Shown here in pieces: positions 36,618-46,689 of a stretch of DNA of 64,000 nucleotides. Within the stretch, counting starts at the first letter, position 1. The number at the start of each line of letters is the position of its first letter. Under the pieces are notes generated by a model that saw only the letters and a list, made by a program, of their open reading frames with translations, was not told the origin of the DNA and did not search any database. The DNA is from Candidatus Poribacteria bacterium (GTDB lineage: Bacteria; Poribacteria; WGA-4E; WGA-3G), in assembly GCA_963665235.2 (NCBI GenBank), contig CAXXLX010000001.1, forward strand, positions 1,472,001 through 1,536,000, in the 5' to 3' direction. The position numbers were made by a program, and so were the translations under genes.

Positions 36618-37721
36618 ATGAGTATCAGTGTTGGGATGGTAGGTTTAGGGATGTTTGGTCCCTCGTTTATCCAATCCTATAAAGCACATCCAGACGTAGC
36701 GCGACTCGCCTTATGTGATTTGCGGGCAGATAGGCTCGCGAAATGGGCCAAGCAGTTTGAGATTTCCGAGACGTATTCAAGCCTTGATGATATCTGTAAA
36801 TCGGATTTGGATGCGCTCGTCATTATCACGCAGCATTGGATGCACGCGCCACAAGCTATTCAAGCGATGGAAGCCGGAAAACACGTCTACACGGCTGTTC
36901 CCGCTGCAGTTTCGTTGGATGAATGTGAACAACTTGTTAAGACTGTAGAGCGAACCGGGATGATTTACATGAACGGGGAGACAAGCTATTTTCGCCCGGA
37001 GGCGGTTTTCTGTCGCCAGAAAGCAGCGGAGGGGGCTTTCGGTGAATTTGTTCACTGCCGCGCCGAGTATTTTCACGACATCAGCCACGGACTCTATGAT
37101 GTCGCAAAAAATCGATGGGGGGAACAGTGGAGCCCTGACAAAAGTGGCGGTATCCCTATGTATTATCCGACACACTCAACCTGTTTTCCCATCTCCGTGA
37201 TGAACGCACACGCGACCTCGGTTTCCGCACAAGGCTACGTCTATCCGAATGACGATTGGTTTCGGCAGGACACCATCCATCAAAACCCTTTTTCCAACGA
37301 GGTCGGCCTGTTCACAATGAGCAACGGCGCAACGATGCAAATCTGCGAATTTCGGCGGATTGGACACCCCGGATGTGAACGAGCCAGCGGTATCTACGGC
37401 ACCGAAGGGAGTTTTGAGCAGAACCTTGCAGGCAGAATTTGGGCAAGTAAACACGGAACAGAGACAGTGCAACCCCCGCAACACCATAGTGATTTACCGG
37501 AAGCACTTGCCGCTAACTTAGGCGGACATGGCGGTTCACACGCCTATCTCGTACACGAATTTGTAGATTCTGTTAACCGCCAACGTTTACCGCGTATCAA
37601 TGTTTGGGAAGCAGTTCGGTATTGTGCCCCGGGGCTTGTGGCACATGAATCAGCCCTCCGGGATGGCGAATTACGCCAAATTCCGGATTGGGGAGATGCC
37701 CCTACCAAAAATTTCTCTTGA
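36618..37721 (+). CDS. Gfo/Idh/MocA-family oxidoreductase
   Basis: VGMVGLGMFG, GKHVYTAVP, YPTH, GHGGSH. Confidence 0.88.
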   Translation: MSISVGMVGLGMFGPSFIQSYKAHPDVARLALCDLRADRLAKWAKQFEISETYSSLDDICKSDLDALVIITQHWMHAPQAIQAMEAGKHVYTAVPAAVSLDECEQLVKTVERTGMIYMNGETSYFRPEAVFCRQKAAEGAFGEFVHCRAEYFHDISHGLYDVAKNRWGEQWSPDKSGGIPMYYPTHSTCFPISVMNAHATSVSAQGYVYPNDDWFRQDTIHQNPFSNEVGLFTMSNGATMQICEFRRIGHPGCERASGIYGTEGSFEQNLAGRIWASKHGTETVQPPQHHSDLPEALAANLGGHGGSHAYLVHEFVDSVNRQRLPRINVWEAVRYCAPGLVAHESALRDGELRQIPDWGDAPTKNFS

Positions 37722-37746
37722 CTTTTATGATTTTTTAATGTATAAT
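37718..37746 (+). promoter_or_regulatory. sigma70-type promoter
   Basis: TTGACT-N17-TATAAT upstream of the sulfite reductase gene. Confidence 0.7.
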
Positions 37747-37889
37747 ATGTTTTTTAATAAAGGTTTCTCGCTGCAAATCGGAAATCAACTAACGCACACG
37801 ACAAATGCCATAAGACGATAAACGTGGCATGCCCATTTGGTGCATTCGACGTTGATTTGTACAAACATTGAGGTTAAAAGGAGCAAAGC

Positions 37890-40327
37890 ATGGCTATTGA
37901 ATACGCGGGAGCTTACGATATATCAGCTATCCCTGTTGATGTTGCCCGTGAAATTGAAATTTATGAAATCCAACTCGGTCGTGTACAAGCCGGCCAGGTT
38001 GAAGAGGACCTCTTTACCGAATTTAGGCTCCGCCACGGGGTTTACGGACAACGTGATGACCGGTCGCAGATGATACGGGTCAAAATCCCTTTCGGCGGGC
38101 TCACAGCCACACAACTTGAAATGTTAGCCGATGTCGCCGAAGAATTTTCGGATAACATCATCCACATTACAACCCGTCAAGATGTACAATACCACTACGT
38201 GGACATCAACAACACACCTGAGCTGATGCGTCGGCTTGCAAGTGTCGATATCACAACAAAAGAGGCGTGCGGGAATGTCGTACGAAACGTCACTGCATGC
38301 CCAATCAGTGGGGTCTGCCAAGACGAAACGTTTGATGTGACCCCCTACTCCAAGGCGTTATCCGCGTTTCTCTTAGGACACCCGGACGCGCAAGATTTCG
38401 GACGTAAGTTCAAAATTGCATTCTCCGGATGTGAAGAACACGCTTGCGGTTTAGCCAATATGCACGACATCGGGGCAGTCGCGGCTGTCAGAGAGGTAGA
38501 TGGTGAAGTCAAACGCGGTTTCAAACTCTTCGTCGGCGGGGGGCTCGGTGCAGTGCCACATCAAGCGAAGGTTTTCGATGAATTCCTCCCCGCAGAGGAA
38601 CTTCTGCCGGTTTCACAGTCAATTTGCAGAGTTTTCACCCGTCTCGGGGAACGTAGAAATCGCAATAAGGCACGTCTGAAATTCGTCATTGCCAAATACG
38701 GCATCGAAGAATTTCGTAAACTGGTGCTTGAAGACCGCGAAACCCTACGGCACGACCCCGAATGGACAGCCTACCTTGACAATTTGGATGCATACAATGA
38801 AAGTCCACTCAAAGCCCCCACACAACTCAACGGTGCCTTAAAACCGGAAGGGTTTGAAGAGTGGTATAAATCCAATATCCGGTTACAGAAGCAGCCTGGT
38901 TATGCTTTTGTGACCATTACGTTACCGCTCGGCGATATTACCGCCGATCAGACCCGTGCCCTGGCGGACATCTCGCGGAAATATGTGAAAGACACCATCC
39001 GGGCAACAGTGGAACAGAATATTGTTTTACGTTGGGTGACCATGACCGATTTGCCTGCCCTCTATCGTGAGCTAAAAGCAGTCGGTTTAGGTGAGCCAGG
39101 GGCTGAATCCTTGGTAGATATTACCGCATGCCCCGGGACCGACTCCTGCAAACTCGGTATCTCTTCCTCGCGTGGACTAGCAGCGCATCTGCGAAGCTAT
39201 TTCATCGAAAACGGCCTGGAGCATGACATCAAAGATTTCCGAATCAAGATTAGCGGATGCCCCAACTCATGTGGACAACATCACATCGCGAATATTGGCT
39301 TCTTTGGCGGTTCGAAACGGATGGGCGAGCATATCGCACCTGTTTACCAGGTCCTGCTCGGTGGACACATGATTGAAAATGCCAGCTCTTACGGACTTGC
39401 CACCGGAAGAATCCACGGTAAGTATATCCCCGCGTTCATTGAGGAATTAACCGGTAAGTATACAGCGGAACGAAATGCGGAGGAATCCTTCACCGAATAC
39501 GTCGCACGTCTCGGCAAAGCGGAGATTAAGACCATCTTGTCCAAATACGATAAAATTCCTGCTTACGAGGATGCACCGGAATTTTACGTAGACACGGGGG
39601 ACACGAAAGATTACCAACTCAAAACTGGGGTCGGGGAATGTGCTGGTCAGTTGGTTGCACTTGTCTCCATGAAGTTAGAAGAAGCCGATCGGCTTATCTA
39701 TGAATCCGGTTTGGGGTTAGAAAAAGGAACGTATCAAGAATGCGCGGATAAGGCATTCGATGCGATGATTAGGGCTGCAGATGGTCTCCTAACAACTGTG
39801 GGGTTGCAATATATTGACGACGCAACAACCATCAACGAATTTCGTAATCGCTTCTTCGAGCCCGGTAACTTTTTCATAGGATACGGGGCACATCTATTCA
39901 AGGCTACCGAAGAAGATAGCTCTACCTTCGACCAGGAATTGGCACACCGTCGCGTAGAAGAAGCCACCCTCTTCGTAGAAGAATCGCATAACGTATACAA
40001 TCGTATGCGTATCAAGCAGGAGGAAGAGGAGGCGAGCAAGCGCAAAGCACGAAAGGCTCGACCTGCACCGAAACCGAAGGTGGTCAAAGAGACAAAACCG
40101 GTTGAGGAAATTGTCGATAGCCTCGATCTGAAAGGTGTCGCCTGCCCGTTCAACTATGTCCAAGCGAAAGTGCGGTTGGAAACGATGCAAGTCGGTCAGC
40201 TTTTGGAAATTACCATTGACGATGGCGAACCGATTGAGAAACCGAAAATACCAACGATGGACACGACATCTTGGATACCAAGAAGCTCGGAAAACACTAC
40301 CGTCTGACTATCCGGAAGGGTGAGTAG
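37890..40327 (+). CDS. ferredoxin-type sulfite/nitrite reductase with HEPN-like and TusA domains (frameshift near 40245)
   Basis: G.YGQR, HITTRQD.Q, CGNVVRN, CPGTDSC, SGCPNSCG; LDLKGVACP TusA motif; an alternate frame completes NDGHDIL...YRLTIRKGE*. Confidence 0.88.
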
Positions 40328-40414
40328 CACAACGTTTCGGCAGTTTTCACATTTTTTTGAGGGGGTGGGTTTGAAACCTGCCTCCTACAAACCTTCAGCA
40401 TCAGGTTAATCCGC

Positions 40415-41090
40415 AATGCATGACGTACACCCACGAAAAGTAAAGATCACCCTGCTAAAATGGGTGCTTTGACATAGCGTAACCACACGTTCCCTGTCAA
40501 AGATTAAGTTCTTCACTACTACCGCCAAAGGTGTTTCGGACTATCCGGAAGGGTGAGTGATGCCGACAAAGTTTCGGAAGTTTTCGACCCTTCATTTTTT
40601 TGTAAGAAGGGGGTCAAGAGCGGGTTTGAAACCTGCCTCCTACAAATCGAAAAAAGAAGCAGCACAACCTTCAGCGTATCAGGCACACGTGCAAGAATTG
40701 GAAACTTCGGATATTAGATGTCTAACCTCTATCCTGAAAAATGAGAACATATCGCGAGTACCTTATCGAAATCTTTACCGACCGCGAACCTTTGAGGCAA
40801 TTGCACATATTGAAGTAGCATTGGAAGACTACCCAACCTATGTGAATAGGCGATGGATTCCGATTTGTTACTACAGACCGTAATTGAATAAAGCACAACA
40901 AATACGGATTAACACGCCTTGCGGGTGTTAATGCTAAAGGACTATTCTCTGTCTATTCAAAAGATGGACACCGATTAACAACGGGGGCAAAACGCACGGA
41001 TTTTCAAGTGCTAACACGCTTGAACTTCAACTATAAAGGCGGATTTTCCTCCCCCGCATAAATGCTGGGGGTTTCCAATCCGAAGATTTT
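40415..41090 (+). pseudogene. degraded duplicate fragments of the adjacent toxin-antitoxin genes and the reductase 3' end
   Basis: 40741-40890 matches 41092-41230; 40415-40445 matches 41506-41535; 40539-40558 repeats 40307-40326. Confidence 0.55.
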
Positions 41091-41091
41091 G

Positions 41092-41499
41092 ATGAGAACA
41101 TATCGCGAGTACCTTATCGAAATCTTTACCGACCGCGAGGAGGCAATTGCACATATTGAAGTGGCATTGGAAGACTATCCAACCTATGTGAATAGTGATA
41201 GATTCCGATTTTTACTACAGACCGTAATTGAAGCACAAGGCGGTGTTTTCGAACTTGCGAAACAAAACGATATGGACCCAAAAGCACTTTCAAAAATGCT
41301 AACTCACGAAAAGACACCGCTAATTGACGCACTTGGAACCGTTCTTAACGTCCTTGGACATCAATTCTCAATCAAACCGATAGACCCCGAGGATATGAAC
41401 CTTGAAACCTATAGCGAGGCGTTAGAGACACAGAACGCACCAGCACATGTAGCCGAAAAGGAAGGCGTTCGGACAGAACAACCAGAGGAAATAGGATAG
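41092..41499 (+). CDS. addiction module antidote protein (HI1420-like)
   Basis: L.TV.EAQGGV..LAK......AL..ML.....P.I..L..VL..LG. Confidence 0.8.
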   Translation: MRTYREYLIEIFTDREEAIAHIEVALEDYPTYVNSDRFRFLLQTVIEAQGGVFELAKQNDMDPKALSKMLTHEKTPLIDALGTVLNVLGHQFSIKPIDPEDMNLETYSEALETQNAPAHVAEKEGVRTEQPEEIG

Positions 41500-41505
41500 C
41501 CATCA

Positions 41506-41841
41506 ATGCGTAACGTACACCCACAAGAAATACGCGTCTACCAAACTTCAAGCGGCAGAGAGCCTTACAACGAATGGGTAAGATCAATTCGAAATACAAG
41601 CACACGAAACCGTATTCGGGCACAGCTTGAGCGGTTCAAACTCGGAAATTTTGGAGATGTCAAATTTGTCGGTGATGGCGTTTTTGAGAAGCGTTTACAC
41701 TTCGGAGCAGGTTATAGAATCTACTTCGGAAAAGTGGATAACACAATCGTCCTTCTGCTCTGTGGGGGTGATAAATCATCGCAGATGCGCGACATTGAAC
41801 AAGCAAAAAACTATTGGCGAGAATACACGGAGGAAAACTGA
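41506..41841 (+). CDS. RelE/ParE-family toxin (HI1419-like addiction module killer)
   Basis: GNFGDVKFVGDGVFEKRLHFGAGYRIYF, LLLCGGDKSSQ..DI..AK. Confidence 0.92.
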   Translation: MRNVHPQEIRVYQTSSGREPYNEWVRSIRNTSTRNRIRAQLERFKLGNFGDVKFVGDGVFEKRLHFGAGYRIYFGKVDNTIVLLLCGGDKSSQMRDIEQAKNYWREYTEEN

Positions 41842-42194
41842 TGAGAAAAATGAGAACATACCGCGAATGCCTCATTGAAGATTTGGCTGACCGGGATGAA
41901 GCAATTGGCTATCTCCAAGCAATCCTTGATGACTACTACGTGTTCGGAAGTACCACCATCGTTCGGGATGCCCTTGAAACCGTAGTTGAAGCACAAGGCG
42001 GTGTTTCCCAACTTGCGAAACAAAACGATATAGACCCAAAAGCGTTTTCAAGAATGCTAACTCACGAAAAGACACCGCTGATTGACGCACTCGGAACCGT
42101 TCTTAACGTCCTTGGACATCAACTCTCAATCAAACCGATAGACCCCGAGGACATGAACCTTCAGACGTGTACTCACGCGGAGGAAACCCAATGA
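41841..42194 (+). CDS. addiction module antidote protein (HI1420-like), copy 2
   Basis: Paralogue of 41092-41499; TGATG overlap with the toxin gene. Confidence 0.85.
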   Translation: MRKMRTYRECLIEDLADRDEAIGYLQAILDDYYVFGSTTIVRDALETVVEAQGGVSQLAKQNDIDPKAFSRMLTHEKTPLIDALGTVLNVLGHQLSIKPIDPEDMNLQTCTHAEETQ

Positions 42195-42925
42195 CATCAA
42201 ACATAAACCCCTTACCTTTAGTAGATATGTCCCCCATGCAGTTCCAAGAGTGGCTCCGCCTGCTCACGAATGAGCCCCTATTTGCTGATCGGAATAAATT
42301 ACTTGGCATGCTATCAGATGACGCGGACCGCGAAACGTTGGCGGAGGGGTTTAGAGAATTTTTTGAAGCCTATTCCTACGAGCTCGCATTTGAGTTAGAC
42401 ACACAGGAGGTGTACATACTCACGGTTTTGGAAAAATCTGAAACGTTTGCACATCTCAAAAGACGCGTGGCGATTGTCAACGCGGAACGGAAAACTTCGC
42501 CTATAGAACGCACAGCACGGAGACTCGGCGGAATTCCTAATACCCCGGGCCCCACAATAAAGGTGAGAACGTTAGGTGATGGCGAATTCCGAATGCTAAT
42601 AGAGACGCTTGTGAACTCAGAACTATTTGCAGCGCGAGAGCGAATCGTGAAGTTGATGAAGGAGCCCTCTTCAAGTGCCGTACATGTGCAGTTGCAAGCA
42701 GCGTTCTATGAATTCTTCGTTTGCCATCTAGAATTGGAACAGTTCCTAGAAGATTACGAATACGACCCGGACGAAGGGCTTGAAATGCGTCCGGAGGTTG
42801 CTGAAGAACTAGAACACAGTATCACTGATTACGAATCAGGAAAGGTTAAGGGCAGTTCTCTTGCGGAGGTAGCGAAGGCGTTCGGAGTTAAAAGGTATAT
42901 GACCCCCCATCCGCATAAAACATAA
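42191..42925 (+). CDS. hypothetical protein with an internal repeat and antitoxin-like C-terminus
   Basis: Two copies of F..L...L.N..LFA.R..L...F.EFF; ends LEMRPEVAEELE...SLAEVAK.FG. Confidence 0.65.
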   Translation: MTSNINPLPLVDMSPMQFQEWLRLLTNEPLFADRNKLLGMLSDDADRETLAEGFREFFEAYSYELAFELDTQEVYILTVLEKSETFAHLKRRVAIVNAERKTSPIERTARRLGGIPNTPGPTIKVRTLGDGEFRMLIETLVNSELFAARERIVKLMKEPSSSAVHVQLQAAFYEFFVCHLELEQFLEDYEYDPDEGLEMRPEVAEELEHSITDYESGKVKGSSLAEVAKAFGVKRYMTPHPHKT

Positions 42926-42936
42926 AAAAATAACAG

Positions 42937-42965
42937 TTGACTTTTTTGTCAGCTTTCAGTATAAT
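42937..42965 (+). promoter_or_regulatory. sigma70-type promoter
   Basis: TTGACT-N17-TATAAT. Confidence 0.6.
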
Positions 42966-42978
42966 AGGGGACTATCTT

Positions 42979-43278
42979 ATGGCAGATCCAGCAATAACAG
43001 CCGCAGGTACCGCAACAGTTGCAGGTGCCGCAGCAATTGCCGAGGCTATCAAAGCCTCCGGGGCAATTATTCGGCTGGAAGCGAGCGAATTTCAGAAAAT
43101 CTTATCAAAAAGTGAGAGCCCCCTCATCGTCACAGCATTAGGCGGGGTTTTCTCTAAAAAGTTTCTGTATCTAACCAACTATAAAGGTTTACACTTTTTT
43201 TGTAAGTCGTCTACGCCTATTCAACTCCCCTCTGATGCGGAGATAGTTCAGTCCAAAAAGATATATATTCCCGGATAG
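42979..43278 (+). CDS. hypothetical protein
   Basis: AIAEAIKASGAII, YLTNYKGLHFF. Confidence 0.7.
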   Translation: MADPAITAAGTATVAGAAAIAEAIKASGAIIRLEASEFQKILSKSESPLIVTALGGVFSKKFLYLTNYKGLHFFCKSSTPIQLPSDAEIVQSKKIYIPG

Positions 43279-43287
43279 GAGAAAAAA

Positions 43288-43533
43288 ATGGCAACAATCG
43301 TCAAAGATAAAGCAACAGGCAAACGTTACTGCTTGCTCGGTACCGGTTTTGGTGTCTATCAATCCTCGAAACCCAACGTCTTTCTCGGAAATTTGCTGGC
43401 TGATGTGAAAGAAGGTGAATTCGCAATGGTCTGCGTCTGTGATAGTACCGGTGACATCTTCTGGATAGCAGCTGAAGCCGTTGCCGTTGTAAGTGTTGAT
43501 GGGCAGAACATCGGAGAACTCTCAATTACGTGA
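43288..43533 (+). CDS. hypothetical protein
   Basis: AGGAG RBS; YCLLGTGFG, V.VVSVDG. Confidence 0.7.
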   Translation: MATIVKDKATGKRYCLLGTGFGVYQSSKPNVFLGNLLADVKEGEFAMVCVCDSTGDIFWIAAEAVAVVSVDGQNIGELSIT

Positions 43534-43695
43534 TGGACTACAATCCGCGCCTTGTAGCGGGTTGTAATGTGTATCAGCTCATACAGAAGAAAAGCCCAAA
43601 CAACGTGCAGGGCTGGATATATGGAAATGAACGTTTTCATAAAACCCGCCTTATCAAACCGCAAGGAAATATCAAACCGCAAGGAAATATCAAAA

Positions 43696-44274
43696 ATGGA
43701 GCTACAACAGATTAACATCAAGGTCTTCGCAACCGAAGATAGCAAAATCAACCACACCCACTTTATCAAGGTTTTCAACCGCTGGATGAAGGAAGCGGAT
43801 TCAGAAGATTATCTGAACTACGCCGACTACTCACACGTCGACGCGGGCCCAGGTGTGTTGTTGATTCTAAAGCAAGCCAACTATAGCATCGACGAGGCTT
43901 ATCATGAACCCGGGTTTCTCTATAACCGGAAACATGCAATGGAGGGCGACAATCCGGAAAAAATCCGCCATGCCCTTACAGAGGTATTGTCCAAATGTGA
44001 ACAGTTGGAAGCCGCAGCAGAGTTAGAAAACGCTGTCCATTTCAACGGGGCGGACCTCCTTTTTATGATAAACAACCGCAACATCGCACCGAACACGCCA
44101 GAGACCGCTGAATCTATTGAGGCAGACCTCACCCCAGTGCTGCAGCAGATGTACGGCGATGACAATTTCACAGTGGAGCGTACCTCCGATGACCGCCGTG
44201 AACGGTTCACAGTCCGAATCTCCGCAAACTCGGAGAAACCGATTTCGGAACTCATCGCCAATCTGGGAGCTTAA
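43696..44274 (+). CDS. hypothetical protein directly upstream of moeB
   Basis: YADYSHVDAGPGVLL; stop 2 nt before the moeB start. Confidence 0.7.
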   Translation: MELQQINIKVFATEDSKINHTHFIKVFNRWMKEADSEDYLNYADYSHVDAGPGVLLILKQANYSIDEAYHEPGFLYNRKHAMEGDNPEKIRHALTEVLSKCEQLEAAAELENAVHFNGADLLFMINNRNIAPNTPETAESIEADLTPVLQQMYGDDNFTVERTSDDRRERFTVRISANSEKPISELIANLGA

Positions 44275-44275
44275 C

Positions 44276-45082
44276 ATGTTTAACTTCAGCAATGAACAGA
44301 TTGAACGGTACAGCCGACATATCATTCTCAAAGAGGTCGGCGGGATGGGACAGACGCGGCTGCTGGAATCGAAAGTCCTGCTCATCGGTGCGGGCGGGCT
44401 CGGCTCGCCTATTGGGGTTTACCTCGCCGCAGCGGGAGTCGGCACACTCGGCATTATTGATGATGACGTGGTTGACCTCAGCAATTTGCAACGTCAAATC
44501 CTACACGGCACAAGCGACATCGGCACACCGAAAACAGCGTCCGCGGCAGCAACTATTACAGAGATGAACCCAGACGTGAAGGTCATCCCTTACAACGAAC
44601 GGATTACCTCCGCAAACGCCTTCAAGATTCTGGAACAGTACGATCTGATTGTAGATGGGTGTGATAACCTACCGACACGCTATCTCCTCAACGATGCCTC
44701 TGTGATGCTCGGTAAACCGATTGTGCACGGGAGCATCTTCCAATTTGAGGGGCAGGTGACCGTCTTTTATCCAGGGAAGGGGCCGTGTTACCGCTGTCTC
44801 TATCCCGAACCGCCACCCCCGGGCATGGTGCCGAGTTGTCAGGAGGCTGGGGTTTTCGGCGTTCTGCCCGGTATTATCGGCACAATCCAAGCTGTTGAAG
44901 CGATTAAAATTCTTTTAGACATTGGTGAATCTTTAATCGGCACCCTTCTACTTTTCAACGCGCTGACGATGGATTTCAAACGATTGAAACTCCGCCAAGA
45001 CGAGGGCTGCCCGATGTGTGGTGAAAACCCCTCTGTCACTGAACTCATCGATTATGAAGAGTTCTGTCAGGTCCGTTGGTAA
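44276..45082 (+). CDS. moeB: MoeB/ThiF-family adenylyltransferase (sulfur-carrier activating enzyme)
   Basis: RYSRH, GAGGLG, SNLQRQ, PCYRC, SCQEAGV, CPMC; no C-terminal rhodanese. Confidence 0.9.
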   Translation: MFNFSNEQIERYSRHIILKEVGGMGQTRLLESKVLLIGAGGLGSPIGVYLAAAGVGTLGIIDDDVVDLSNLQRQILHGTSDIGTPKTASAAATITEMNPDVKVIPYNERITSANAFKILEQYDLIVDGCDNLPTRYLLNDASVMLGKPIVHGSIFQFEGQVTVFYPGKGPCYRCLYPEPPPPGMVPSCQEAGVFGVLPGIIGTIQAVEAIKILLDIGESLIGTLLLFNALTMDFKRLKLRQDEGCPMCGENPSVTELIDYEEFCQVRW

Positions 45083-45134
45083 ATATCAATTTTAACAGGA
45101 TGTAATCTACACAGATAGCAAAGGAGACAAAATC

Positions 45135-46202
45135 ATGGCAACGGCTCAGACATATCGTATCGGAATCATCGGTTGTGGTGGCATGGGCAGGTCGCATTCG
45201 CGTTCCTGGCAAAAACAGTCAAACGTTGAACTTGTAGCAGCGATGGACATCTACGAAGCGTCCGCGAAACGGGTCGCAGACGAATTTGACATCCCGGCTA
45301 TCTATACCGATGTTGATGAGATGGTAGCAAAAGAGGATTTAGACATCGTCAGTATCACGACGTGGCAGGGCCCGCGTGCGGAGGCCACAGTTGCCGCGGC
45401 GAAATCTGGCGTAAAAGGCATTATCGGTGAAAAACCGATGTCCGCTTCACTCGGGCAGGCAGATGATATGCTCGCCGCCTGTGAAGAGAACGATGTCAAA
45501 CTTGTCATTGGGCATCAGGGCAGATACAGTCCTGTAAACACAGAAATTCAGCGACTTGTCGCCGCAGGTGCAATTGGAAAACCGACACTCCTTCATCACC
45601 GCGCGAAAGCGCACGCGGGTCTCCTTAATACGGGCACGCATGCAATTGATGGGTGGCGTTATCTATTGTCCGACCCTGAGACATTGTGGGTTATCGGGCA
45701 AACTTCTCGCACAACCGACCGATGGGAACGCCGCACTATTTGCGAAGACCTCTGTATGGGATTAATCTGCTTTGAAGGCGGTGCCCGCGCTATCTATGAA
45801 GGCGACCTCCCCGACCCTGCCGTGTCCATGCCGAGAATCGCTGGCACAGAAGGGCAAATACGCAACGGGGATAGCGGCACAGTCCTACTCCAAAACGGCG
45901 ATGCAAAAGAGTGGCAGGTCATCACACCCCCACCGGAACCCAAAAATCAGTTTCAAGAACTCATCGAGTGGATAGAGGGCAAAATTCCGACCCACCGAGG
46001 CAGGGGAGAACAGGCCCGATATACTATCGAAATTATGATGGCGATTTATGAATCCTTACGCATCAAAGATGTCGTCACAATGCCGCTCGAAACGAGAGAA
46101 TTACCCCTTGAATTGATGGTCAACGATGGCACGTTGCCGGTCCTAGAGGAAGGCAAATATGACCTACGCACACCCTTTGAAGGGCAAACACGAAAACGGT
46201 AA
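45135..46202 (+). CDS. Gfo/Idh/MocA-family oxidoreductase
   Basis: IGIIGCGGMG, EKPM, GTHAID. Confidence 0.9.
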   Translation: MATAQTYRIGIIGCGGMGRSHSRSWQKQSNVELVAAMDIYEASAKRVADEFDIPAIYTDVDEMVAKEDLDIVSITTWQGPRAEATVAAAKSGVKGIIGEKPMSASLGQADDMLAACEENDVKLVIGHQGRYSPVNTEIQRLVAAGAIGKPTLLHHRAKAHAGLLNTGTHAIDGWRYLLSDPETLWVIGQTSRTTDRWERRTICEDLCMGLICFEGGARAIYEGDLPDPAVSMPRIAGTEGQIRNGDSGTVLLQNGDAKEWQVITPPPEPKNQFQELIEWIEGKIPTHRGRGEQARYTIEIMMAIYESLRIKDVVTMPLETRELPLELMVNDGTLPVLEEGKYDLRTPFEGQTRKR

Positions 46203-46219
46203 CGCATAGGAGAAAACAG

Positions 46220-46687
46220 ATGGCGAAGGAGGACAGACGTTCTTTTTTACAAATCGCAACAGCATGCATCGGCGGCATACTTAGCTTCGCCGCGGGCATC
46301 CCGCTAATCGGATTTGCAATCTCACCCGCATGGAAAAAAGGCGAATCCAAATGGGTCGACCTAGGGCTAATAGACCGACTCAAAAACAGCCGCTATAAGA
46401 AGGTAAATTATACCTTCACCGCAAAAGATGGATGGGTCAAAACGACAAAAAAGCGTTCTGTTTACGTGACAGATGCGGGTAACGGGGAGTGGACCGTATT
46501 TTCGCGAACCTGTTCTCACCTCGGATGCCTCGTACGCTGGAATGAAAAGCAGGAGGTGTTTCTCTGTCCATGCCACGGTGCTGTGTTTGACAAAGATGGG
46601 GTTGTAACCGCCGGCCCGCCGCCGCGCCCCCTGCAAAAACTAGAGGTTAAGGTTGAGGATGGCATCTTGTATGTGAAGGAGTTCTGA
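46220..46687 (+). CDS. qcrA: Rieske 2Fe-2S subunit of a cytochrome bc complex
   Basis: Tat motif RRSFL; CSHLGC; CPCHG; GPPPRPL. Confidence 0.92.
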   Translation: MAKEDRRSFLQIATACIGGILSFAAGIPLIGFAISPAWKKGESKWVDLGLIDRLKNSRYKKVNYTFTAKDGWVKTTKKRSVYVTDAGNGEWTVFSRTCSHLGCLVRWNEKQEVFLCPCHGAVFDKDGVVTAGPPPRPLQKLEVKVEDGILYVKEF

Positions 46688-46689
46688 AG

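Noticed and set aside
40557-40883. 108-aa ORF as a real gene
   Set aside because: It is a chimera of REP sequence and a broken antitoxin duplicate.
43567-43695. N-terminal extension of the hypothetical ORF with an 18-bp tandem repeat (ATCAAACCGCAAGGAAAT x2)
   Set aside because: More likely a duplicated RBS region upstream of ATG 43696 than coding sequence.
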